From positions 1 to 64,000 of the IMG/VR virus record IMGVR_UViG_3300025120_010946: a stretch of DNA of 64,000 nt; one strand, 5' to 3'. Position 1 is the stretch's first letter. Each line of letters opens with the position of its first letter. The stretch is from a virus. Under the pieces are notes generated by a model. That model ran no database searches. It had not been told where the DNA came from and saw only the letters and a program-made list of their open reading frames with translations. The translations under genes were made by a program, and so were the position numbers. Positions 27,298-36,580 of this stretch are shown in pieces.

Positions 27298-28145
27298 AGT
27301 CTTTTAAAACACCATTGAGATATCCTGGTGGCAAGTCTCGTGCTTGCACAAAGATGGATGTTTACATCCCAGATCTTCGCGATTATAAAGAGTATCGGGA
27401 ACCTTTTCTTGGTGGTGGTAGTGTTGCAATTCACATTACTAAAAAGTATCCACATCTTGACGTGTGGGTAAACGATCTGTATGAACCTCTCTATAACTTT
27501 TGGAGAGTTCTCCAAGATGATGGATATAATCTATATAAGAAACTTCAGGAACTTAAATCTAGATATCCTGATCCTATTTCTGCAAAAGGTCTTTTCCTTG
27601 AATCAAAAGAGTATCTAAATGATGAATCCAATAATGACGCTTTATGGCGTGCTGTCAGTTTTTATACTGTCAATAAGTGTTCTTTTTCTGGTCTCACCGA
27701 GTCATCCTCCTTCAGCAAACAAGCAAGTGACTCAAACTTCTCAATGCGAGGAATTGAAAAACTACAAGGATACACAAAGATAATTGAGAACTGGAAGATC
27801 ACCAATCTTAGTTATAAACAAATACTTTGTGATGATAAATCAACTTTCATCTACTTAGATCCTCCTTATGAGATTGGAAGTAATCTTTATGGCAAACGAG
27901 GTAGTATGCATAAAGGATTTGATCATGATCAATTTGCCAATGACTGTGATCGTTCTGTTAGTAATCAACTGATATCCTACAATTCATCTCAACTTATCAA
28001 AGAAAGATTTGATGGGTGGCAAACTGGTGAATTTGATTTAACATATACTATGCGATCTGTTGGTGAGTATATGCGTGAACAAAAAGATCGTAAGGAACTT
28101 TTACTTTTTAATTATGGAATTAAAGGATTGGCTGAACTCAATTAA
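27294..28145 (+). CDS. dam: DNA adenine methyltransferase (Dam/D12 class)
   Basis: PLRYPGGKS, EPFLGGGSV, DPPY. Confidence 0.9.
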   Translation: MKSFKTPLRYPGGKSRACTKMDVYIPDLRDYKEYREPFLGGGSVAIHITKKYPHLDVWVNDLYEPLYNFWRVLQDDGYNLYKKLQELKSRYPDPISAKGLFLESKEYLNDESNNDALWRAVSFYTVNKCSFSGLTESSSFSKQASDSNFSMRGIEKLQGYTKIIENWKITNLSYKQILCDDKSTFIYLDPPYEIGSNLYGKRGSMHKGFDHDQFANDCDRSVSNQLISYNSSQLIKERFDGWQTGEFDLTYTMRSVGEYMREQKDRKELLLFNYGIKGLAELN

Positions 28146-28482
28146 TTTTACGAAGGAAGATTTATCTGAGGAAGTTAAATCCTACCCTCCTTACATTATC
28201 AATCGTTGTTTATCTGGACATCTAGATTGTGTGTTGTTTGCTAATGAGATGAATAAGCATCATCACCTAGATAAAGATATGCAATATAAATTTTATCTAA
28301 ATAGTCTGAGGAAAAAGAAGAGATTTTCTCCCTGGCTCCGTAAGGATAAAGTCACGGATCTCGAAAGTGTCAAACAATACTATGGTTATAGTAATGAAAA
28401 GGCATCTCAAGCTCTGAAAATCCTGACGAATGAACAGATTAATTTTATTAAACAACGACTTGACATTGGAGGAGCAAAATGA
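28114..28482 (+). CDS. gp62: Clamp loader small subunit
   Basis: YPPYIINRCLS, KRFSPW, YYGYSNEKA; ATG 28114. Confidence 0.92.
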   Translation: MELKDWLNSINFTKEDLSEEVKSYPPYIINRCLSGHLDCVLFANEMNKHHHLDKDMQYKFYLNSLRKKKRFSPWLRKDKVTDLESVKQYYGYSNEKASQALKILTNEQINFIKQRLDIGGAK

Positions 28483-28919
28483 GTAATACTGTGGAACCTC
28501 AGTATCACTGGACTCAAGATCAGATGATCGAAGTTTTACTTAATGAACCAGATGATTTCTTAAAAGTTAGAGAGACTTTGACAAGAATAGGAGTTGCTTC
28601 TAGGAAAGAGAAGAAACTTTATCAGTCTTGCCATATTCTTCATAAACAGGGCAAGTATTATATTGTTCACTTTAAGGAATTATTTGCACTTGATGGTAAG
28701 CACGCGAATCTTTCTATTAACGACGTTCAACGCCGCAATCGTATTGTACGTTTACTTTCTGACTGGGGATTGATTTCTATTGTAGATGAGGAAACGGTTC
28801 TTGATATCGCACCGTTGAATCAAATCAAAGTTCTTTCTTATAAGGATAAGGGAGATTGGGTGCTTGAACAGAAGTATAATATTGGAAAAAAGGGAAAGGA
28901 AAGTGCCCAGCAGCAGTAA
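28479..28919 (+). CDS. regA: Translational repressor RegA
   Basis: DDFLKVRETLTRIGVAS, LYQSCHILHKQGKYYIVHFKELF. Confidence 0.97.
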   Translation: MSNTVEPQYHWTQDQMIEVLLNEPDDFLKVRETLTRIGVASRKEKKLYQSCHILHKQGKYYIVHFKELFALDGKHANLSINDVQRRNRIVRLLSDWGLISIVDEETVLDIAPLNQIKVLSYKDKGDWVLEQKYNIGKKGKESAQQQ

Positions 28920-29010
28920 GAAATATCCGAAATCAACATTTGGTTTTGGCAATGATGGCTTACCGACTGTCAGTATTGGGCAAATATTTGAGTAAAACCG
29001 AATAAAAATG

Positions 29011-29036
29011 AGCGGGTTTCAACACCCGCTTTTTTT
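29011..29036 (+). terminator. Rho-independent terminator after regA
   Basis: AGCGGGT-TTCAAC-ACCCGCT plus T-run. Confidence 0.85.
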
Positions 29037-29046
29037 GTGCTTCTTG

Positions 29047-29111
29047 TATAATTAGTAGTGGATGCCGTAAGGGTCCTCACAACACACTCTCGCTTAAGAA
29101 GGAGAAGTTAA
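29047..29111 (+). promoter_or_regulatory. hsp20 -10 box and structured 5'UTR (ROSE-like thermometer candidate)
   Basis: TATAAT 29047-29052; GNRA hairpin 29060-29076; TCTC(G)CTT pairs with SD AAGGAGA. Confidence 0.55.
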
Positions 29112-29543
29112 ATGACTAACTTGATGAAGTTTAATGCTGCTGACTTAGATCAGCTGATGGATAAAATCACCCGCAATTCTATCGGGATTGATGACTATCT
29201 AAACAACGTCTTTCATGCCCAAACACAAGGTAACTATCCCCCATATAATGTTGTACAATTAAACAACACAGAGACTAAACTTGAGATTGCTCTGGCTGGA
29301 TTTTCAAAAGATGAAATCAAAGTTTATACAGAGTATGGTAAACTCACAGTCAAAGGGGAGAGAGAGGCAACCACCGAGGAGGGACAATACCTTCATAAAG
29401 GACTTGCCCATAGGAACTTTGAACGATCCTGGACGCTTGCTGAGGGCACGGAGGTGACTGATGTGACTTTTGAAAACGGACTTCTCGCTGTTGTTGTGAA
29501 GAAGATTGTTCCTGAACACCATGCTCGTAAGGACTATCTCTAA
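29112..29543 (+). CDS. hsp20: Small heat shock protein (IbpA-like)
   Basis: NYPPYNV, EIALAGF, YLHKGLAHRNF, FENGLL. Confidence 0.96.
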   Translation: MTNLMKFNAADLDQLMDKITRNSIGIDDYLNNVFHAQTQGNYPPYNVVQLNNTETKLEIALAGFSKDEIKVYTEYGKLTVKGEREATTEEGQYLHKGLAHRNFERSWTLAEGTEVTDVTFENGLLAVVVKKIVPEHHARKDYL

Positions 29544-29577
29544 ATAGAAGCGGCTACCTAAAAATATCGTCGCCGTT

Positions 29578-29618
29578 GGGGGGCAACTGGCAAAATCCAG
29601 TTGACGCCCCCCTTTTTT
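29578..29618 (+). terminator. Terminator hairpin after hsp20
   Basis: GGGGGG-CAACTGG / CCAGTTG-(ACG)-CCCCCC plus T6. Confidence 0.8.
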
Positions 29619-29629
29619 ATTGCTAGAAT
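29601..29629 (+). promoter_or_regulatory. sigma70-type promoter for the gp43 operon
   Basis: TTGACG-17 nt-TAGAAT with TGn, embedded in the terminator. Confidence 0.65.
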
Positions 29630-29650
29630 GATGGAAGGTATGAACTAAAG

Positions 29651-30016
29651 ATGACTGTAAAACTTTTGCTGTTAAAGTCTGGTGAAGACGTTATTGCTGA
29701 TGTCAGTGAGATGGCAGTCGGTGAAGACGCGGATAGAAAAGTCCTTGGATATTTTCTGGATAAACCCTGTGTTGTTAAAATCTTAAACACAGAACGACAA
29801 GAGGAAGGAAATAAAAAAGCAGCATTTAATGTTTCGCTTTATCCTTGGTGTCCTCTAGCTGCAGATAACGTTATCCCTCTTACTGTAGAATGGGTGGTAA
29901 CGATAGTCGAACCTAAAGAAAAACTCAAAGAAATGTATTTGGAGGATGTAGTTGGAAATGAGCAACAAACTAGTGAAAGTGATTCTACTGACGAACAACG
30001 AGAAACTGATCAGTGA
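29651..30016 (+). CDS. Conserved hypothetical protein, Sm-like
   Basis: VKLLLLKSGEDVIADV...KPCVV...YPW. Confidence 0.65.
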   Translation: MTVKLLLLKSGEDVIADVSEMAVGEDADRKVLGYFLDKPCVVKILNTERQEEGNKKAAFNVSLYPWCPLAADNVIPLTVEWVVTIVEPKEKLKEMYLEDVVGNEQQTSESDSTDEQRETDQ

Positions 30017-30218
30017 GATTGAAGAAGTAGGTGCTGATGTTGGTGAACCCGATTGTAAGTTAATTAATCCTATGGAAATATGTGAGGGTAACATGCTCTC
30101 TCCATGGATGATAGATCACACCATGGAAGACTCATTTATGATTAGTTCGGATAAGATTATTACACTTGCTAATCCTATGCCAACATTACTTGAAAAATAC
30201 TTAGAACAGACTAAATGA
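29958..30218 (+). CDS. Conserved hypothetical protein, Sm-like
   Basis: VKVILLTNNEKLISEI...LINPM...SPW; ATG 29958. Confidence 0.65.
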   Translation: MSNKLVKVILLTNNEKLISEIEEVGADVGEPDCKLINPMEICEGNMLSPWMIDHTMEDSFMISSDKIITLANPMPTLLEKYLEQTK

Positions 30219-32713
30219 AATTTTACACCAACGTTCAGTTGATCGGTAATCAGTTTTTGGTTCGTGGAGTTGAAGACGGAAAAAGATTTGAGATCAGAGA
30301 CAGTGAGTTTCGTCCCACTCTTTTTGTCAATAGTAAAAGGGGAACCAAGTACAAAACGCTGAATGGTGAAAGTGTAGAACCAATTCAACCTGGTGCTGTT
30401 AGAGATTGTCGCGATTTCTATAAAAAATATCAAGATGTTGAAGGATTTTCAATCTTTGGAAATGATAGATACATCTATCAATACATTTCGGAAAAATATC
30501 CTGAGAATGAAATCAAGTTTGATATTAGTAAAATAAAACTAATCACAATTGATATTGAGACTGCATCGGAGAATGGATTTCCTGATGTTGAATCCTGCCA
30601 GGAAGAAATCCTTGCGATCACAATTCAAGATTACACCACGAAGAAGATTGTTACGTGGGGTGCAAAACCTTTTGTTAATAAACAAAAGAATGTAACCTAT
30701 CATCATTGTCCAACTGAACATCAACTTCTTTCTTCTTTTATTAATTATTGGATGATTGATGTTCCTGATGTTGTGACTGGATGGAATATTCAACTTTATG
30801 ATATACCTTATATTTGTAAACGACTTAATCGGGTGCTTGGTGAAAAACTGATGAAGCGTTTTTCGCCCTGGGGACTTGTGAGTGAGGGTGAAACTTATAT
30901 TCAAGGGCGCAAGCATACTACATTTGATGTGGGTGGTGTATGTCAACTGGATTATCTTGACTTATATAAGAAGTTTACATATAAAGCACAAGAATCATAT
31001 CGTCTTGATTATATTGCTTTTGTGGAACTCGGGCAAAAGAAACTTGATCACTCTGAGTATGAAACTTTCAAAGATTTTTATACTCATGGGTGGCAGAAAT
31101 ATATTGAATATAACATTGTTGACGTAGAACTCGTTGATAGGTTGGAAGATAAGATGAAACTTATCGAACTTGCTTTGACAATGGCTTATGATGCTAAAGT
31201 CAACTATAACGATGTGTTCTATCAAGTTCGAATGTGGGATAACATCATTTATAACTACTTAAAGAAACGTGATATAGTTATTCCACCAAAGAGAAATACT
31301 GATAAAAACGAAAAGTACGCAGGTGCTTATGTTAAGGAACCGATTCCGGGAAAGTATGATTGGGTTGTGTCTTTCGATCTCAACTCTCTCTATCCTCATC
31401 TTATTATGCAGTACAACATCTCTCCAGAGACGCTTCTGGATGAGAGACATCCCACAGCTTCAGTTGATAGAATTCTTAAAGAAGAAATAAATTTTGAACT
31501 CTATAAGGACAATGCGATTTGTGCCAACGGTGCAATGTATCGTAAAGATGTCCGTGGGTTTTTGCCTGAGTTGATGGAGAAGATGTATGGGGATCGAGTT
31601 GTCTTTAAAAAGAAAATGCTCGCGGCAAGACAACAATATGAAAAAACCCCCACCATAAAACTTGAGAAAGAGATTGCCAGATGTAATAACATTCAAATGG
31701 CTAAAAAGATCTCTCTTAACTCTGCTTATGGTGCTATTGGTAATCAATACTTTAGATATTATAAACTAGCAAACGCAGAAGCAATCACGTTGTCTGGACA
31801 AGTTTCAATCCGTTGGATTGAGCAAAAGATGAACAAATATCTAAATAATCTGTTAAAAACAGAAGACGACGATTATGTCATCGCATCAGATACAGATTCC
31901 ATCTATCTTAATATGGGACCTGTTGTTGATAAATTTCTTGCTAATAGCTCTAGCGACAAAGCAAAGATTGTGGAGTTACTTGATATGGTTTGTAGTGACA
32001 AATTGGAACCGTATATTGACAAGTGTTATTCGGATTTGGCGACGTATGTATCGGCATACGATCAAAAAATGCAAATGAAGCGTGAGAATATTGCTGATCG
32101 TGGTATTTGGACTGCGAAGAAGCGATACATTCTAAACGTGTGGGATAGTGAGGGTGTCCGATATGAAGAACCTAAACTAAAAGTGATGGGTATTGAATCT
32201 GTTAAATCATCAACTCCAGCTCCTTGTCGTAAAATGTTGAAGGATGCTTTTAAAATTTTGATGACTGGGACTGAAGATGAGATGATTAAATTCATTGATG
32301 ACAGTCGTGATCAATTTAAGAAACTTCCTCCTGAAGATGTTTCTTTTCCACGCTCTGTCTCTGATGTTGTGAAATATAGATCACACTCTACTATCTACAG
32401 CAAAGGAACTCCTATTCATGCTAGGGGAGCACTTCTTTATAATCACTACATCAAAGAGAATAAACTAGATTCCAAATATTCTTTAATTCAAAATGGAGAA
32501 AAGATTAAGTTCTGTTATTTGAAAAAACCAAATCACATTCATGAAAATGTAATATCTTTCATTCAATACTTTCCTAAGGAATTAAATCTTGACAAGTACG
32601 TTGACTATGACTTACAATTTGAGAAATCATTCCTTGAACCACTGAAATCCATCCTAGATTCTATTGGATGGAATGTAGAAAAAACTGTAAACCTTGAACT
32701 TTTCTTTGGATAA
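30215..32713 (+). CDS. gp43: Family B DNA polymerase
   Basis: Exo DIET, SFDLNSLYPH, KISLNSAYG, ASDTDS. Confidence 0.99.
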   Translation: MKFYTNVQLIGNQFLVRGVEDGKRFEIRDSEFRPTLFVNSKRGTKYKTLNGESVEPIQPGAVRDCRDFYKKYQDVEGFSIFGNDRYIYQYISEKYPENEIKFDISKIKLITIDIETASENGFPDVESCQEEILAITIQDYTTKKIVTWGAKPFVNKQKNVTYHHCPTEHQLLSSFINYWMIDVPDVVTGWNIQLYDIPYICKRLNRVLGEKLMKRFSPWGLVSEGETYIQGRKHTTFDVGGVCQLDYLDLYKKFTYKAQESYRLDYIAFVELGQKKLDHSEYETFKDFYTHGWQKYIEYNIVDVELVDRLEDKMKLIELALTMAYDAKVNYNDVFYQVRMWDNIIYNYLKKRDIVIPPKRNTDKNEKYAGAYVKEPIPGKYDWVVSFDLNSLYPHLIMQYNISPETLLDERHPTASVDRILKEEINFELYKDNAICANGAMYRKDVRGFLPELMEKMYGDRVVFKKKMLAARQQYEKTPTIKLEKEIARCNNIQMAKKISLNSAYGAIGNQYFRYYKLANAEAITLSGQVSIRWIEQKMNKYLNNLLKTEDDDYVIASDTDSIYLNMGPVVDKFLANSSSDKAKIVELLDMVCSDKLEPYIDKCYSDLATYVSAYDQKMQMKRENIADRGIWTAKKRYILNVWDSEGVRYEEPKLKVMGIESVKSSTPAPCRKMLKDAFKILMTGTEDEMIKFIDDSRDQFKKLPPEDVSFPRSVSDVVKYRSHSTIYSKGTPIHARGALLYNHYIKENKLDSKYSLIQNGEKIKFCYLKKPNHIHENVISFIQYFPKELNLDKYVDYDLQFEKSFLEPLKSILDSIGWNVEKTVNLELFFG

Positions 32714-32883
32714 TGGACTTGCCTATTAGCGACAACGAACTTGCCACTATTATTAGTGCATTGAGATTAGGTGGCGATACGTCTCTTTATCAAAAATTGA
32801 ATAAGATCAAGGAGGTTAGGGATGCAAATCCTGGAGGACCTTACAAGAAAATACTTAGAGAACAACACGGGATGGTGATTTGA
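32713..32883 (+). CDS. Small hypothetical protein (56 aa, not in ORF track)
   Basis: MDLPISDNELATIISALRLGGDTSLYQKL...; TAATG coupling to gp43. Confidence 0.6.
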   Translation: MDLPISDNELATIISALRLGGDTSLYQKLNKIKEVRDANPGGPYKKILREQHGMVI

Positions 32884-33036
32884 ATGATTAATGAAAACGT
32901 ATCATCAATAGATAGAATTGCTGATGCACTTGAACGAATTGCAACAGTTTTAGAAACTGGTGCTCACATCAACATTGATCATGCACATGTTGATGAAATA
33001 CATGGTGAGGTTATTACTCACCCTAAAAATTTTTAG
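32884..33036 (+). CDS. Small His-rich hypothetical protein (50 aa, not in ORF track)
   Basis: MINENVSSIDRIADALERIATVLETGAHINIDHAHVDEIHGEVITHPKNF. Confidence 0.55.
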   Translation: MINENVSSIDRIADALERIATVLETGAHINIDHAHVDEIHGEVITHPKNF

Positions 33037-33049
33037 TTTTTAATTTATT

Positions 33050-34051
33050 ATGGATTTCCTTAAAGAGATTGTAAAAGAGATTGGAGATGAGTACACCCAA
33101 CTGGCAGCAGACATCGACGAAACCGAAACTTACGTGGACACGGGTTCGTACATCTTTAACGGACTTTGTTCAGGTAGCATATTTGGTGGTGTATCTGGGA
33201 ATAAGATTACTGCCATTGCTGGCGAGTCTTCTACTGGCAAGACTTTCTTTAGTCTCGCTGTGGTTAAGAATTTTCTGGATAGTAATCCTGACGGTTACTG
33301 TTTGTACTTTGACACTGAAGCAGCAGTTAATAAGTCTCTTCTCACAAGTAGAGGGATTGATTTACAACGTTTCGTTGTAGTGAATGTAGTTACTGTTGAA
33401 CAATTCAGACAGAAAGCACTACAAGCTGTTGATATCTACCTTAAAACATCAGAGGAAGATAGGAAACCCTGTATGTTTGTGCTAGACTCTTTGGGTATGT
33501 TATCTACAGAGAAAGAGATTCGTGATGCTCTTGATGACAAACAGGTTCGTGATATGACTAAATCACAGTTGGTTAAAGGAGCTTTCAGAATGTTAACCCT
33601 GAAGTTGGGACAGGCTAAAATTCCAATGATTGTTACTAACCACACTTACGATGTTATTGGATCTTATGTACCTACGAAAGAAATGGGTGGAGGTAGTGGA
33701 CTCAAGTATGCTGCATCTACAATCATCTATCTCAGTAAAAAGAAAGAAAAGGATGGAACGGAAGTCGTTGGAAATCTTATCAAGGCTAAGACTGCTAAGT
33801 CGCGTTTAAGTAAAGAAAATAAAGATGTTACTGTTCGTCTTTTCTATGATGAGCGTGGACTTGATAAGTATTATGGTTTGCTGGAACTTGGAGAACTCGG
33901 TGGACTTTGGAAGAATGTGGCTGGACGCTATGAAATGGATGGCAAGAAAGTCTATGCTAAGGCAATTTACAAAGATCCAGAACAATATTTTACCCCAGAG
34001 ATAATGGAAAAACTGGATCAAATTGCTAGTGAAGAATTCAGTTATGGATAA
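33050..34051 (+). CDS. uvsX: RecA-like recombinase UvsX
   Basis: AGESSTGKT, FDTE, LDSLG, MGGGSGLKYAAS. Confidence 0.96.
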   Translation: MDFLKEIVKEIGDEYTQLAADIDETETYVDTGSYIFNGLCSGSIFGGVSGNKITAIAGESSTGKTFFSLAVVKNFLDSNPDGYCLYFDTEAAVNKSLLTSRGIDLQRFVVVNVVTVEQFRQKALQAVDIYLKTSEEDRKPCMFVLDSLGMLSTEKEIRDALDDKQVRDMTKSQLVKGAFRMLTLKLGQAKIPMIVTNHTYDVIGSYVPTKEMGGGSGLKYAASTIIYLSKKKEKDGTEVVGNLIKAKTAKSRLSKENKDVTVRLFYDERGLDKYYGLLELGELGGLWKNVAGRYEMDGKKVYAKAIYKDPEQYFTPEIMEKLDQIASEEFSYG

Positions 34052-35417
34052 TGTTGAATTTTTAGTTCTTAGAAACTTACTTCATAATGAGGAATATGTC
34101 CGTAAGGTAATTCCGTTTATAAAATCAGATTACTTTGAGAATCGTAGTCAAAAGGTTGTATACGAAGAGATTCTTAAGTTTGTAGAGCAATACAATAAAC
34201 CAGTTACCAAAGAAATTCTTTGTATCGAAACAGAGAAGCGTCAGGATATCACTGATAGTGATTTTAAAGAAATTACCCAACTCATTTCTTCATTAGAAGA
34301 AGCACCTACAGAGTTTGAATGGTTAATATCTACTACTGAAAAGTGGTGTCGCGATCGTGCTATCTATTTGGCACTGATGGAATCTATTTACATTGCTGAT
34401 GGTAATGATGAAAAGAAAAATAGAGATGCCATTCCAACTATTTTATCAGATGCTTTAGCAGTATCATTTGACAGCCATGTAGGACATGATTACCTTGAAG
34501 ATTATGAGGCAAGATATGAATCTTATCATAGGAAGGAAGATAAGATCCCGTTTGATCTTGACTATTTTAATAAAATTACGAAGGGTGGTTTGCCGAATAA
34601 AACACTTAACATTGCTCTCGCTGGCACTGGTGTCGGCAAAAGTTTGTTTATGTGCCATATGGCAGCTTCCTCACTCTTGGGAGGGAAAAACGTATTATAC
34701 ATCACGCTTGAAATGGCTGAGGAGAAAATTGCGGAGCGAATTGATGCTAACCTTCTTAATGTTAACATCCAGGAGATAACTGATCTACCTAAACAGATGT
34801 TTGAAAGCAAGGTAACAAAACTTGCTGAGAAGACTCAAGGCACTCTTATAATTAAAGAGTATCCAACTGCTAGTGCTCATGCTGGACATTTCCGTGGACT
34901 TCTTAATGAACTCGCTATTAAGAAATCATTTCGTCCTGACATTATTTTCATTGATTACCTTAATATATGTGCTTCCAGCAGGTATCGCGGAAACAGCAAT
35001 GTCAATTCATATTCATATATTAAAGCGATTGCTGAAGAGCTTAGAGGACTCGCTGTCGAAGCGAAAGTACCTATCGTATCTGCCACCCAGACTACCCGTT
35101 CTGGTTATGGCAGCTCTGATGTGGAGCTTACTGATACTAGTGAGTCCTTTGGCTTGCCTGCTACTGCTGATCTTATGTTTGCCCTTATTTCAACTGAAGA
35201 ACTCGAATCCTTGGGACAGATTATGGTGAAGCAATTGAAGAATCGATATAATGATGCAAATGTCAATAAGAGATTTATGGTTGGTATTGATCGTTCTAAG
35301 ATGCGTCTTTACGATTGTGAACAGTCGGCGCAGAATGATGTGGTTGACAGTGGGCAAGAAGAAGAGTATAATTATGATGAAAAACCTAAAAAATCATTTG
35401 AGGGATTTAAGTTTTGA
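34044..35417 (+). CDS. gp41: Replicative DnaB-like helicase
   Basis: AGTGVGKS, IFIDYLNI, SATQTTRSG, QLKNRY; ATG 34044. Confidence 0.97.
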   Translation: MDNVEFLVLRNLLHNEEYVRKVIPFIKSDYFENRSQKVVYEEILKFVEQYNKPVTKEILCIETEKRQDITDSDFKEITQLISSLEEAPTEFEWLISTTEKWCRDRAIYLALMESIYIADGNDEKKNRDAIPTILSDALAVSFDSHVGHDYLEDYEARYESYHRKEDKIPFDLDYFNKITKGGLPNKTLNIALAGTGVGKSLFMCHMAASSLLGGKNVLYITLEMAEEKIAERIDANLLNVNIQEITDLPKQMFESKVTKLAEKTQGTLIIKEYPTASAHAGHFRGLLNELAIKKSFRPDIIFIDYLNICASSRYRGNSNVNSYSYIKAIAEELRGLAVEAKVPIVSATQTTRSGYGSSDVELTDTSESFGLPATADLMFALISTEELESLGQIMVKQLKNRYNDANVNKRFMVGIDRSKMRLYDCEQSAQNDVVDSGQEEEYNYDEKPKKSFEGFKF

Positions 35418-35785
35418 ACGGTTACTATTCGGTATTTAATCCCAGAGGTGAAAAAATTGCTGATTGTGGTAGTCAAAAAGATGCTGTCAATCTTCTCAAT
35501 ATGAGAAACAATAGATGGGAAGGACATTACTATATGTTTAATCCCCTTCCCGGTGATATAGTAGATATGAGTCCTTCTAAATCTTTTCCAACAAATAGTA
35601 TTGTAGTAGCCGATGGTTATAGCAGTAAAGATATCGTCGTTAATATGGACGGCGGTGTTGGTGGTAGTTGGAAAGAAGTTTCTGATGAAGAATTTGACGT
35701 GATGTTTCCTGATCAAAAACTATCAACCCAACAATCTCTCCCTGAAAATCAACAACAACCATTCACCCCCGAATATCAAGGATAA
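35414..35785 (+). CDS. Hypothetical protein
   Basis: TTG start overlapping the gp41 stop; 123 aa. Confidence 0.55.
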   Translation: MNGYYSVFNPRGEKIADCGSQKDAVNLLNMRNNRWEGHYYMFNPLPGDIVDMSPSKSFPTNSIVVADGYSSKDIVVNMDGGVGGSWKEVSDEEFDVMFPDQKLSTQQSLPENQQQPFTPEYQG

Positions 35786-36270
35786 TGGATAGACTCCAAC
35801 TTAAAATTGAAGCAAACTCACCTTATAATGATGGGTGGACTAAAGAATTTTATCGCGAACAATTAAAAAAGAAAACTATGAACAATTACACTGAATTTGT
35901 TAAGCAAACTACCAGTGCTCCAAGTCTTGATTATGCAGTCATGGCAAATCGATTGGCAGAACTTGAAGCGAATGGAGTTAATACTACTCAACTCTTAACT
36001 GCTGCTCTTGGGTTATCTGCAGAAGCAGGTGAGTTTACTGAAGTTGTAAAGAAGATTGTTTTTCAGGGTAAACCTTATAGTGAAGATAATGTCTTTCATA
36101 TGAAACGTGAACTGGGTGATATCTGTTGGTATCTTGCTCAAGCATTCATGGCATTGGACACCAACTTTGATGAGATTCTTGATATGAATATTGAGAAACT
36201 CTCTGCTAGATATCCTGAGGGAACTTTTGATGCGTATTATTCTGAAAACCGTAAGGAAGGTGATGTCTGA
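35785..36270 (+). CDS. mazG: MazG-like NTP pyrophosphohydrolase
   Basis: GLSAEAGEFTEVVKK, ELGDICWY, NIEKLSARYP. Confidence 0.92.
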   Translation: MDRLQLKIEANSPYNDGWTKEFYREQLKKKTMNNYTEFVKQTTSAPSLDYAVMANRLAELEANGVNTTQLLTAALGLSAEAGEFTEVVKKIVFQGKPYSEDNVFHMKRELGDICWYLAQAFMALDTNFDEILDMNIEKLSARYPEGTFDAYYSENRKEGDV

Positions 36271-36389
36271 TGGATAGTGCAGTTCATGCATGGAATACTA
36301 TGAGTTACGGAGAAGGATTTCTTTTCTCCGTTTGGTTATTGGGAATGTATTTTATTAAACTAAAAATGGATCAGAGGTTTGGAAGATGA
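36270..36389 (+). CDS. Small membrane protein (39 aa, not in ORF track)
   Basis: MDSAVHAWNTMSYGEGFLFSVWLLGMYFIKLKMDQRFGR; coupled at both ends. Confidence 0.55.
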   Translation: MDSAVHAWNTMSYGEGFLFSVWLLGMYFIKLKMDQRFGR

Positions 36390-36580
36390 ATATTAAATTA
36401 GGACTGCGTGAAGCAGCAGCACTCAGGCAGTCTTTGTATCTTCAAACTAAAGATGACTCTTTCGAATTTCCTTCTGAACGTGTCAGAGAATTGAGAGGAA
36501 TAATTTTAAAACTTGACTCTGAAATTGAAGTAGAACTTGAAAAACAACAGGACACTAAAGATGAAACTACTAACACTTGA
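36386..36580 (+). CDS. Hypothetical protein
   Basis: 64-aa coupled ORF. Confidence 0.55.
   Translation: MNIKLGLREAAALRQSLYLQTKDDSFEFPSERVRELRGIILKLDSEIEVELEKQQDTKDETTNT

Noticed and set aside
27294-27323. Dam N-terminus MKSFKT as a capsid-targeting sequence
   Set aside because: Continues into the catalytic PLRYPGGK motif; lacks EF and the (I/L)xE site; not behind a late promoter
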